Assembly: GCA_026025075.1 (NCBI GenBank)
Contig: JAPEUI010000010.1
Coordinates: 239,782-259,781, forward strand
DNA from: Vezdaea acicularis
Taxonomy: Eukaryota
DNA: 20,000 nt
Direction: 5' to 3'
The notes below the pieces were generated by a model. The model was not told the origin of the DNA. It saw nothing but the letters and a program-made list of their open reading frames with translations, and searched no databases. This document shows, piece after piece, positions 9,364 through 20,000 of the stretch (its first letter is position 1; each line of letters starts with the position of its first letter). Position numbers and translations under genes: made by a program.

Positions 9364-11081
9364 TGATGGCCCTTCCAACGGACAGCGCGCTCTTCCTTCC
9401 GCTCTCTTTTCTCACTCTTTCTCGCGTTGTCTCCTTCTCTCTCTGAAGCGCGCAACGCCTCGGTGCTGGCCAACGCCTTAAGCTTCCGCACGAGGCAGCG
9501 CGATGGCGGCGATAATAAGGGGGGGGGGTGCGATGGTGGTGGGCGGGGAAAGGATTGGATAGGGAACGGCGGACAAGCGGCGTCTGCTGGCGGGCGAAGC
9601 GGATGTGCGGGGTTTGCGAAAGAAACGCCAATCGCTTTCAGCGCCCGGAATCTCGAACACACAATCGCGACAGTCCGACGCCGGGCAAAGTCAAACCCGG
9701 TCGGTCCAGCAGTTTGTTGCAGCAAGAGCAGCAGCGGTAGTCGTCGCGGAGAATCCAGACGCACTCGGATATTGGAGGGATCAATTGAAGGGTGCCGGTC
9801 CTCTGAAATTCCTCTCGTTCTCCGCCCGGCTTCCGCGCTCGAGTCAACCTCTTTCTCGTCCCCCGAGCGTCGTGCAGCTCAACAACTGCAGGCGTCGCCA
9901 GCTGCGTTTTATGAGGGTTCCGCTCGGCGGGATTCGAGACGCGGATTGGTGGAGCGTTGGTGTCTGCGAGTTGCAGTAGTAGCGAAGTATCGAGCCAGCG
10001 GGCAAGCTCCCGTCGATCAATCCCCCCAATCAAGGGAGGCCGCGCAGGAGAAGGTCGTTGCGAGGACGTGCAGGCGGATGCACCAGAGCGAAGTTAGATA
10101 TGACCGTCCAAAGCCCCCGTCTCGTAGGCCGGGACCAATCGTCTCGTGGCGAAGTTGACAGGACACCAGGGGAGAGAGAAGGGGGAGAGAATGAAGTTGT
10201 GGGGAAAGAGGCTCGAGAGCGTCGATGGGGGAGAAGGTTTCGTGCCCTCTCGTTTCCGAGAGCGGGGGATTCTATGGAGCTCCTCCGACCTCGCAGTCTT
10301 TGGAGATGGCAACCGTCGTGGCCGTTGTCGCGGTGGCCAAGGGATGACCCTGCGGAGAGTCGAATTCTTGTGTCTGTATTACTGCGGCCAAGGTCCCAGG
10401 GACGGCGTATACGGCTCTTCGCTCGCCACGAAGGTTATTCTGTGGAGCGCGAGAAGGGGAGAGCGAGGGATAGTCGCACTTGACTCCGCACGGCCACGGA
10501 TGAGGGCTTGATGCAGGAGAGAGAGGATAGGTGGGGTGGTGGCGGTCGGTGGTGTTTGATAGCAACTTCCAGACTGTGCGACCGGGTCCAGAAGATAGAG
10601 CAGTTTAAGGGGGGGCTTTTTTCACGAGGGCCATGGAGGGTTTTTATCAAGAGCCCGCACCCGCTTTAGGGCGAAGGGCGAAGGGCTCGACCAGAGGGAA
10701 GCCGCACCCTTTGCGAGCCACCAGCACCACCTTTGGCCAGGGCGGCGGATCGACCGCACGAGCACTCGACGGACGACGGAACCAGTTTCCCCGGGGCGGT
10801 AGCGCTCCCGCCGCGAGAGAGACAGGGAGAGGGCGAGAGGGGCAGAATGAGGGGGAGGGGGGGGGAGATTGAGCAAGAGCAAGAGCAAGCGTGAGGATGG
10901 ACGTTGGCATCGGCGACAAAACGGCCTGGATCATTCTCCTTTCCTGGCCCATGCGAGGCGGAGGATTGGAGCCTCGACACTGGTCTGAGTGCATGCTGGG
11001 TGAGTGAGTGATTGATTGATTGTATGCTGGGTGGATGCGTGCGGAGTCCGTGGGCAGACGCATGGGCAGAGGCATGGACGG

Positions 11082-11135
11082 GCCAAGACTAGGGCAGGGC
11101 AGGCCAAGACGGGGTAGGGTAGGGTAAGGGCCAAG
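11082..11135 (+). promoter_or_regulatory. Three GCCAAG (PacC consensus GCCARG) sites around a canonical G-quadruplex motif
   Basis: GCCAAG occurs at 11082, 11103 and 11130. GGGGTAGGGTAGGGTAAGGG occupies 11111-11130. Confidence 0.45.
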
Positions 11136-12575
11136 CATCATGCGCACCGATCCCCGGTCGTGGTGCATTCTTCCATCTTTCTCGCTTTCCTTCCTCCCGC
11201 CTTTCTCTCCGCCTCTCCCCCTTTCCCTCCCTCTTTCTTTCTCGTCGGTCCGTGCTGCACGTCTCTCTGTCAGAATCGACCGCTCCTTTCCGTCCGCTCC
11301 TCCATCTTGTCATTGCGCATCCAGTGCACCCGTCACGCACGGAAGCCTGCGTGTTCCGGCAGCTCTTCCCTCACATCCGACGGTCAAATCGGCCGCCTCA
11401 CCTTCGAATGTTGGCTGCAACGTGCACGCATCTCGCGCTCATGGCAACAGCTGAGGAGAGCGGCCTTCGTGCTATGAATAGGCAAGGCACGGCAAGAGCA
11501 TGGGAATGGTTGACGGGAGATTTGCCCTTAGCTACTGTCCCACATCGCTCCAAACGCATGCTCCATGCGTTTGGTTCTGCGCTTGCGAAAGCCATGCGAC
11601 TGTTTCCGCCCCTCGTCTCCCTCTAGCTCCCCGCTCGAACTTTTCCCCCACCACTACAGTAGTTTCCTTGCGGTCTCTATCCGCCTGCATCGTGTCCGCA
11701 TCGCTCGTCTCGAGCAATGCACGCCCGCTGGTCGATCTCCTACCCCGAATGCCTCACGGACCACGCGGGCTCTGTGTGTCGCGGCGACAGGGGCTGTCGG
11801 TCGAAGCGACGGTCGTCTCTGTTCCTTCGACAGGGCCTTGGCTCCTCTTCCCACCTTCGGCCGTGGGGTCATATCAAACCCTAAGACCCGGACAGGACGT
11901 GAAGGGGAAAAGGGACGGACAACAACCTCCACCGCCCGTCGGGATGCAACATTCGCCACTGCACGGGCCATTATCCCGCTGGACACTCGGCCTTTGCATT
12001 CGGCTTCAGGAGAGGGAGTCGGAGGGAGTTGGAGGGTCATGTCTTGCGCATTTCACCGCGCACGCAAATGCCTTTCGAGCCGTGGTTGAGCGCGGTCGAC
12101 GAGGTAGCATGGAGTGGGGCATCGCAAGCGACGACAGCCGTCCTGAAAGTCTGCGACCGGCCGGGGCTCGCGGACACTCGGTGAGACGCCAGACGCTAGG
12201 ACCAGTGACGGGTCCCCCATGATCGGACGCTCCGCGAGCGAAGACGGGGAAAGGTCGAGGGCGGAGAGAATGGAGGATCGGACGACAACGAGTGAATCGC
12301 AAGTTGGCCGCGCGAACGAAGTTTGAGGGCACGAAGGGTCCGTCGTCGCCCTGATACCGGTAGCTCGTAGCGCGGGCGCTTGTCAAGCCCGGTCGATTCC
12401 ACCCCGCCACTATCGTGCTGCTCAAGCGCGACGCCTCGAGACTAAACCCGCTCCCCGGTCGGAGGGGAGCGAGCGAAGCCGTCCCCAACCAATTGTAGGG
12501 TTCGGCGAGCGCATGGCCAGCCTGGGGGCGGGACCTAAGATGCAACCATTCACCCTTCAATCCTCGGCCCTCGAC

Positions 12576-12957
12576 CACCAAGGATGGCGGTCACCGAGGC
12601 CAGCAGTCACCACAGGACAGCAAACTACCCACAGCCAGGAGCCCTCATGGACAGCGGTCGCGAAGGATAGCGGGCCACCACGGACACCGCAGTCACCAAG
12701 GATAGGCAGACCGCGGTCACCGGGGACATTGGCCGCCAAGGATAGCAGCCACCAAGGGACAGCAGTCACCCCGGATAAGCAGCCACCATGGACCGCGCTC
12801 GCCAAGACAAGCAGTCACCCAGGATGGCAGCCACGATGAACGGCAGTCGCTAAGGATAGCAGTCGCTCAGAGGAGCAGTCACCACGGATAGCAGCCACGA
12901 TAGACAAGAGTTGCCAACGACAGCAGTCGCCTCAGAACAGCAGTCACCCAGCATGGT
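12576..12957 (+). repeat. Degenerate minisatellite, about 23 copies of a ~16-bp unit, consensus CACCAAGGAYAGCAGY
   Basis: Manual parsing gives units such as caccaaggatggcggt, cgccaaggatagcagc, caccaagggacagcagt, cacccaggatggcagc, cgctaaggatagcagt and caccacggatagcagc, mostly 16-17 nt long. Confidence 0.9.
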
Positions 12958-13242
12958 CATCAGCTCAGACCGAGCGGCGCACTCACCCAGCGTGCCATAG
13001 AGCCATCACTTGTCGTTCACGACGCGTGGCCAGCCACCGCCAAGCACGACAAGTCAATCACCCCGGATGACGCACAGGAAGGGAGGAGAGATCCAGATCC
13101 GCCAGGGGTGGTACGGACGATAAAGTCGCACCACATCGATCAATCATGCAGGATGCGGCGTCCGTCACTTTTCTCAGAACGGACGTGGGGAGGTGACGCC
13201 CGATGATCACCCAGCATGCGGGGGACACGGCGAAGGAAAGGA

Positions 13243-13285
13243 AAATATGCATACGGCTACTGCTACAGATTCAGATACAGATACA
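13243..13285 (+). repeat. Degenerate hexamer microsatellite (…TACAGA TTCAGA TACAGA TACAG)
   Basis: gcatac ggctac tgctac agattc agatac agatac ag is read directly. Confidence 0.5.
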
Positions 13286-14986
13286 GTCCGGTCACCCCGG
13301 ATCACGCATCGGCCAGCCTCGATGACGAATCCTCAATCTCCGGTCCATACTCTCCTCTTTCACCGCTGAAGGACGACGTCGTGGCCTCCTCGGCATCGCG
13401 ATCGAGGCAGAAATCGATGCATGGTCGATGCACCGCACGCATGGGGGGGGAAGGGGGCCGAACGTGAACCTGTCCCCTGGACCCTTGTACCTGGCCGGAC
13501 CCCGGTTTTGGACCCTACTTGGCCCTATATGTCTTTACGTCCTTTTTTCTCTATCTTCCTGGCTTCTGGGGGGCGCCACAGGTGTCGGCGTGGGGACGGA
13601 TGGGGGATAGATATCTGAGTCACGACGTAGTCGTCAAGTGTCTACGAGCGTACTCACGTCAACGATATAATGGCGCATCACCCATCTCGCTGGAGCTGGT
13701 GACGTTTTGCCCAAAGGGGTCAGGGCTGTTTTCCTATCCTCTCGACTTCCTTCGAGGGCGTCAACAGAGAGGTGACGGCTTGGTCGGAGCTTCCTCGGAC
13801 GAACTATCGTCCTCGATTGAGGCTGGCCAGCTCTGCTCCGCTGCGAGCCAGCCAGTTCCTCCCCCACTGCATAACGCCAGAGCGCCCACACGGGCTGCGC
13901 TGTGACAGCATCAAGCCACACCTGAACGTGGGAAGCGTTGGTCGCGCGTCAGATGGGTGAACATCAGTCCCCCCCCCCGACGTCCCATTTTCCCTTAGTC
14001 ACGAAACACGAGGTCGCATCACCCAGCATGTCCCAAAGCGGACATTCGACGTCGAACGAAACCCGGACGCCCAGCCCACTTTTCAGACTTTGGCCCTTCC
14101 CCGGAAAGCCATCCAGAACGCGCGTCGAGCGAGCGCTTGTCGGTCGGCGACCGCGCGAGGTCCGTGCGCTCCCGTCCGACACCGTCGGGTGCGGCACAGG
14201 AGCGTTCTGGAGAGGGTCTTGGACATCTATTTGGCTAGCAGCATGCGATGGGCTGGAAGTTCCACCGGGGAAGACAGGCGAGGTTGTATTTGGCTCGCGC
14301 TTCTCACCCTGCCCGCTTCGGTTAGTTTAGTGCCAGTTGCAGCACACGGCCAAACCACGCGCTCGGGTTCGAACGACTCCCTCCTCAGCCAAGAGACCGC
14401 ATCCAGCGTCGCCTGCGGGGCCTCGAAAGATTACCGAGAGGCGGCGTCTGCACCTCTGATTCGCGCTGGAATCACCCTCCATGCCGGGGCCACTCCAGCT
14501 GCGTCGGCCGTCTCGCGCTCTCTCTGACGTCTGCTTATGCAAGCCGGCCACCCAATTCCAGACCATCATGGAGATGGAGGCGATGCAAAGCTCATTTCCG
14601 CCCAAGCTTACCCAACAAGATGAGGGAGAGGTGCGCGATGTAGATCTTTCTGCCGTCCATGCCGAGAATGTTGGAATGGGGCCCCCGAATCCACTGCTTC
14701 GCCGTTCGTCGCATCTTCCACCTCTCCATTTCCCCAACAGCGATTCCCTTTGTCCAACGCGATCGTCAACACAAGTCTCCTAGCCGCCATGCCGCCAATA
14801 GCGTTCGTTAGTGCGTCTGACCACCCCCGATAAGACGCAGTTCCAGGCTTAGCGCGCTGATAAACCCGCACGCGGGCATCCGGTCGCGGTCCACTAGCCG
14901 CCATTTCAGCTTCGAAAAGCGCATGACCAGATACGAGCCCAATCCTGCTTGGAAGTCACTTCGACGTGCCTCGAATGGCCTTTGAT

Positions 14987-16873
14987 TCAGACCAGCATTC
15001 CCGTAGGAGACAAGCTTTCGCCAAAGTCGCCCAGCTGTGCCCTCTTTCGTTCGAGGACGTCATAATTCGCGCCAAGTGCTACTTCGAAGACGCTTCGCTC
15101 CGCTCTGAGTGGACCCAAGGGTCGAGGGCGGAAAGTCTTCAGACTATCGGCGATTTGATCGTAAGTCCGTGCGAAGAGCGTCAAGACATCATCGATTCTC
15201 GTACATTTTCGGCCCAGGTCCTGGAATGGATCGGCCGGGTCCTGGAGACAGAGCAGGTGTGGTCGAAACCCCTTGACGACGCTGAGCGATTGACGTCCTC
15301 GAAGAACCTAGAATGCCATTGAGCGCTTGACGTTCAGCCTGGACGGGATGGAGAGCATACCGTATTACGCACCCCTAGCTCCTTCTGCGCTAGGCTAAGG
15401 GTTGAGTCCAGACTCCGTTTGGGAAATATTTCTGGAGGCTCCAAAGACAAGCAATCTCGACTGAAGTCCAGCTCTTTAGTCAAGAAGTGAAGCGCTCCAA
15501 GCAGCCCTGTCGTCAGGGGATCCTCTACTTGTGCACCGATTCGAGGGGTATGCCGAGCCTTCAACCGGTAGAAGGAAGCCAGTAACATGAACAAACTGTA
15601 GGACCCTATGCCCCCAGAGAAGGTCTCGCTAAGTTCATGGATATCCAGCATGGTCTTCACCGTATGGTACGTCGGCCCAAGAGCAGGATAGCGAGCAAGG
15701 TAATCCTTCACGTATTCCCGGGAAATGGCATTCTCCCTGACAGCTGAAGCCTGGATCTGTACCTCGAGACCGCTTGTTTGGTGTGTAACGGAGAGTAATG
15801 AAATTTGCCCCTCTCGCAGCTCTGCCTGCTCGTAGTCTGTGGAGGCATCAAGGGCATTCTGAATTCTCAAGAGTTGCTTCCGAGCTTCCTTGAGTATCTG
15901 TGGCCTGGAAGGGCTCGGGCCCCGACTGCCCATTTCTTTCGCATATCGAGGCAAGAAGAGGTACAAATCTACATCAGAAGTGGCCCGGCAAAGTCCGTTC
16001 TTAGTAGAGCCTATGACCGTGACCGTAGCTTCAGCTTCAGATACTGTCGCCTTGATGAGTCTAAGAATGTCGTCAATGACCCGAGCTCGCCCAGCCCATT
16101 CGTACTTCGTAGGACGCATCCAGTTCTGAACCGCGTTCATTTCAGAGTATAATCTGGAACTAGCTATAAGTAAATAGACGAGGTAGGCGACGAAAGGATA
16201 TCAACCTAGACGAATCACCTCCTTTCTCCATATACTGCAACCATGGAGTTTGAGGACTAGAGTCCGAGCTGATAGAATAGATCCCTTGGGGCTCAACATC
16301 ATCACTGGCATTGCCAAAACCAGGGGTATACTGCTTTACATGACTTCGTCGTCGCAACCTTAGACTCTTCTGTGATCTGATCGTACTCCGCCCATTCACT
16401 TTTACAGTCATGGGCTCCCCTCCCACCTGACGCCCTTGACGTTTCCCCGTTGCGTCGAGACTTCGCCATTTCCTCTTCTGCTTAAGAGTAAGCAAATCGA
16501 GAGCTAGGCGGCGTCGAGCAATCGAGTCTTTGGCGAGTAAGGGATTCCTCGTTTTTATCTCCACTGCATTCGCCTTCTTGTGCGCGGCAAGAGTTGCTTG
16601 AAGATCGCCCGGTACTATGAGTTCGGGAGCTTGGTACTTGCGTTTGGTGCTACCATGGTCAATCACGGAGTCTGTAGCCTGCGAATGGTCGAGATATGTC
16701 GAGCCGCTTGGGAGAAACCTCGGCGCTTTGGGGAAGGTCCCTGGGTAGGCCTTTATGGATGTCGTCCTGCGGAGAGATGAGAATGACCGTGGTTCTAGTC
16801 TTGCTAGTTGCACAGTGCAGTGGTATCCAATAAGCAACCGAAGGCGGGGCCAGGAATGGTTCGGCCGGTTCAT
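14987..16873 (-). CDS. Non-canonical poly(A) polymerase / terminal nucleotidyltransferase-like protein (Trf4/Cid14/PAPD5 family) with a putative mitochondrial presequence, 593 aa; exons 16873-16206, 16153-15361, 15307-14987
   Basis: Pol-beta NTase motif IGSTKNGLCRATSDVDL, Trf4-like GGIGSYSL and PAP-associated motif LCLQDPADPFQDLGR are present. Introns 16205-16154 and 15360-15308 restore the frame (the intron 1 boundaries are less certain). The N-terminus is Arg/Ser/Leu-rich and acid-poor (…RSFSSLRR). Confidence 0.88.
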
Positions 16874-18040
16874 GGATATAGTTTCTGCGGAAGTCGAATG
16901 AAGTGAGCAAACTGTAGATTTTTGGGGCCATGTTTGCAAAGGTCCAAGTTCGGCTGCAGGGATCAGCTTTGAGGCGCGTGAGGCGCTACGCTAGAAAGCT
17001 GGCACATATCAACGGCACTGAAATGATAAAAAAGTAGACCTTGAAAGAGACGTAAGGGTATTCCATGATCTAGGTCATCAATACAAGCATAATGTGCAAG
17101 GAGCGGCCGTAATAGCTTCAGCATAGCTTCTACTATAAGCAACGCCGCAATACATGCCCGTGCGATCTCAATTGCGCTTTGCTCATTCCCAAGGAAATGG
17201 AAACTGAATCTTTTGGACATCTTTCACTTAGTCGTTAAGATGGCAACGCCCAACATATGGCTTAATAGAGAAAAACTTTCTCTATCTATCACCCTCTCTT
17301 GCTTTTTCCACTCTGCTGTTTCCAGGGGTGTTCGACTTCATGCGCAAATGGGTCCAGTACTCCATGAGGCTTCACCTACTTTTCAAAAGGCTATGAGGGG
17401 CAAATGCTGCGTAAAGCCGTGAAGCCATAAAGCCATGAGCGCATAAACCGCGTGGCAAGCGCCATGCCCTAGATTCACTGGGAAACACACACGCAACGTG
17501 ACTGGCCGAGCAGCCTAATCTCAACCGCAGCTCTCAAGCTTGTTGTTGACAAGCACCACACTCTTTTCCAACTGCCCCCAGCCGAGAACGTTCTTTGCCC
17601 AACTGTCGTTACTGTTTCTCCATTTTCGGTGGCTTTCTGCCCGACTTTCAAAATGCATTCACTGTTTCTTTCCGCAGGGACGATCTTCGTGCTTGCCATA
17701 ACAAGCCTGGCAAACGGGAAAGCCATCAGTGTACAGAACAGGTAAGAGCAAGAGAGAGTCCCCTCTTATTCTTTCCTCTGAGAGAGACTTCCAAAAGTCT
17801 AAACCGGTTCCTGGCCCTTTTCTCCGACGGAGCCAACACTCTGCCTCTTCTCACACTTTTTCATTTCTCAGCCAATTCCTCACGAACATCTCCTACAGCT
17901 GCTTTTTCTTTCACTCTACCCCTCTCCTTGCCTTCATCTCCAAGTTGCACCTCTCATCGCCAGTTGGTAGAGCTGGCTCTCCTCTTCCGTCTCCCTTTAT
18001 TTCTGGTCTTTTGCCATCCATTCCTTAATCGACTTTAGTC

Positions 18041-19601
18041 ATGTATCTCTTCATTGCTGGCGGAAGCTCAGTCGGGCCTAGCCATTGGAAGCCCTTTGCA
18101 CTCTTCCTGGTACTAATAGTGGTTGGTTTCAGTACTTCAGCCGTTTGCGAGCCGACCAGCACGGTCTTTGTCACGCTGCGCGAGACGGTCACCAGCAGTG
18201 TCCTTGTGACAGCTTCTGCTTCAACGTCTGAATTAGTCAATGCTGCAGCAATTGGGTCGGAATTTCCGTCTTCTATATCCAATGGTAAAGTTTACGATCC
18301 AATAAGTGGAAAGGCTTGGGCGCTAACCTCGGTGGCAATGAACCAGGATCAACTATTTCGACTTCCTTCACAACCGTTGTCACATCTGAGCCGAACATCG
18401 CTTCCCAATTGATAGCATCTGGAGCCAGCTCTTCAATCTCGTCTGTGCAAAGCATACCCTCGATCCAAGATGCATCTTCCTCATCCAGTGGAATTGGGTA
18501 TTACTACATCGAAGTGAATGGCACTACCTCCTGGTTTGGTGGGAACACTCCCACAGTTACAGGGTTCATCATTACTCGTACTGCTACTTTCTTGGTGACA
18601 CCAGTCCCGAGCACACAGGATGAAAGCCTGAGTTCGACATTGACAGTATATAAGACGAACTCTACAACCACCCGCGATGAGACAGTCATCATCATTAGCT
18701 CCTCATCTACGATCGAAACTCTGGCTGCAGGATCCTTCACTGGCGTGGGTCCGGGTGGCTGGAATGGGTCCTCCTCAGTCGCGGTTGGATATGGTAGCAC
18801 TGGCCTAGGAACACAGGGCACCGTGGGCTTGGCACCTACAGCGGTGAGGATGCCTGTCAATGGCCCTACTGCCGTCCATCCATCTGGTACAGGTTCTACC
18901 CCGACAGCTACATACTGCGGACAAGCTGGTGATACCGGACCCTTCACCATTACGGTACGTTAAGTACATGCCTTCTATCAGCCTCTCTGACCGGAAACTT
19001 ACAGTTCGATGATCTACCAATCTTCTCACCCGCAAACAATGCCACTGCAGACTTCCCTCCAATCTACAACCCCTATCATCACCTCTTCTTCTCGGGGGGC
19101 TTCGCTTTTGCGCCACCCCCCAACGATCCTTTTCCACCAACCTCTCCACCCCACTTAGGTATATTCGTTACAGATAGCAACGTAACCGTCCCGGATGTTA
19201 CTATTGTACCAACTACCTACGATGGTAGTTGGGGGGAGCTTGGCGCTGGACCCCGCTTCGCGGACAGCACGTACTGGATCGATGCCCACTCAGTCAACAT
19301 GGGATGTGACAACTCAGGCCTTGGAGACTGCAAAATCATCTTCTATGGATACACCTACGACGCTAAGGATGGTGGAGAAGTGCTTCACGCCGAGCAGATA
19401 ACGTCGCTACCTCCCTGCCCGGGGTTCAAGGACTGTACTCTCACACCAGTGATACTAAATGACAGCTTCACAGGCCTATCCGGACTGCGCATACGTGCTG
19501 TTGCAGGCGAAATACCGCGTATCTTCTTCCTGGATGACTTCCAGCTGAGTTGGACCAACTCAAGCTGTGCAGCTGGAGTCAAGCGTGGGAGCGGTCGTTA
19601 G
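18041..19601 (+). CDS. Secreted Ser/Thr-rich protein with a conserved Cys-containing C-terminal domain (resembles DUF7371), 482 aa; exons 18041-18284, 18347-18954, 19005-19601
   Basis: Signal peptide (FALFLVLIVVGFSTSA) and a long S/T-rich stalk precede YCG…GPFTIT|FDDLP…NPYHHLFFSGGFAFAPPPNDPFPPTSPP…GCDN…CPGFKDCTL…FFLDDFQLSWTNSSCAAG. Introns 18285-18346 and 18955-19004 restore the frame. The domain name is from recollection only. Confidence 0.85.
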
Positions 19602-20000
19602 AGTTGCAGCGCAACGGCTCTTCAAAATATGAGAGCAACTCTTTCTGTCTCCTACTGTCTCGGTGTATTGAAGGTATCGGTCTTCTACCGCACGATTCGA
19701 AGACGATGCCGAATTGTGCGTGCTTGGGGCATAGCGGGATGGAGCGGTACGTTTGGCCCGCAAAAGCTCGGCATCACTCTATACCTGAGCGTTGAAAGCA
19801 GTTAGCAGCATAATGCATAATTGATAATAGCCAAAAGACGCCGAACGTGCTCTTGCCACTGCAATGTGACTTAATGTTCTTGAGACTCGCTTGAATTATC
19901 TTCCAATGATTTAGTTTGCTTAACATGAAATCACAAGGTCCTATAAATGTCATTGTACCTTGATTGGAGGGTCACCAAGAGCCAATGATATGTTCATTGT

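Noticed and set aside
9427..12581. Long ORFs 9427-10158 (+), 11500-12222 (+), 10647-11168 (-), 12006-12581 (-)
   Set aside because: Mostly non-ATG starts, Arg/Pro/Ser/Gly-rich composition typical of GC-rich non-coding DNA, no motifs and no supporting splice chain.
12576..12957. CRISPR-like array or repeat-protein interpretation of the 16-bp array
   Set aside because: There are no invariant repeats with unique spacers and no cas genes, and the context is eukaryotic. The non-triplet period argues against the overlapping ORFs 12513-12839 and 12557-12805 being real.
13938..14904. Small ORFs 14090-14527 (+), 14481-14783 (+), 14327-14737 (-)
   Set aside because: No recognisable motifs, and I could not assemble a credible spliced gene. 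A lineage-specific gene cannot be wholly excluded.
16963..18038. ORFs in the divergent promoter between the PAP-like gene and the secreted gene
   Set aside because: Short and motif-less. 17760-18030 is a CT-rich tract typical of a fungal core promoter or 5'UTR.
1112..19601. Stop-codon readthrough (TGA CTA) or cryptic peroxisomal targeting at gene ends
   Set aside because: None of the five stops has the TGA-CTA context, and no annotated C-terminus is SKL-like.

Overview
Eukaryotic, intron-containing DNA from a filamentous ascomycete (Pezizomycotina; inferred from CTRAY branch points, short introns and gene content). I reconstructed five spliced genes by hand, and each splices into an intact reading frame. 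(1) Secreted GH3 beta-glucosidase, BglA/Bgl1 type (minus, 4225..1112, 5 exons, 899 aa). (2) Orphan secreted Cys-motif protein (minus, 6309..5252, 2 exons, 287 aa). (3) AT-hook + Zn2Cys6 transcription factor resembling Neurospora Acr-2 (minus, 9155..6985). (4) Trf4/Cid14-family non-canonical poly(A) polymerase-like protein with a mitochondrial-type N-terminus (minus, 16873..14987, 593 aa). (5) Secreted Ser/Thr-rich protein (plus, 18041..19601, 482 aa). A roughly 5.5 kb GC-rich, apparently non-coding region upstream of the transcription factor holds a degenerate 16-bp minisatellite, a dispersed 12-mer (TCACCCAGCATG) in both orientations, and a G-quadruplex interleaved with PacC-type sites. The best leads are a fold-back structure filling the oversized intron 4 of the GH3 gene and partly covering its branch point, the repeat/motif system upstream of the transcription factor, the predicted mitochondrial PAP with an apparent D-to-Q catalytic substitution, and a putative 3-nt micro-exon between genes 2 and 1. 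No searches or folding programs were run, so family names come from motif recognition only.
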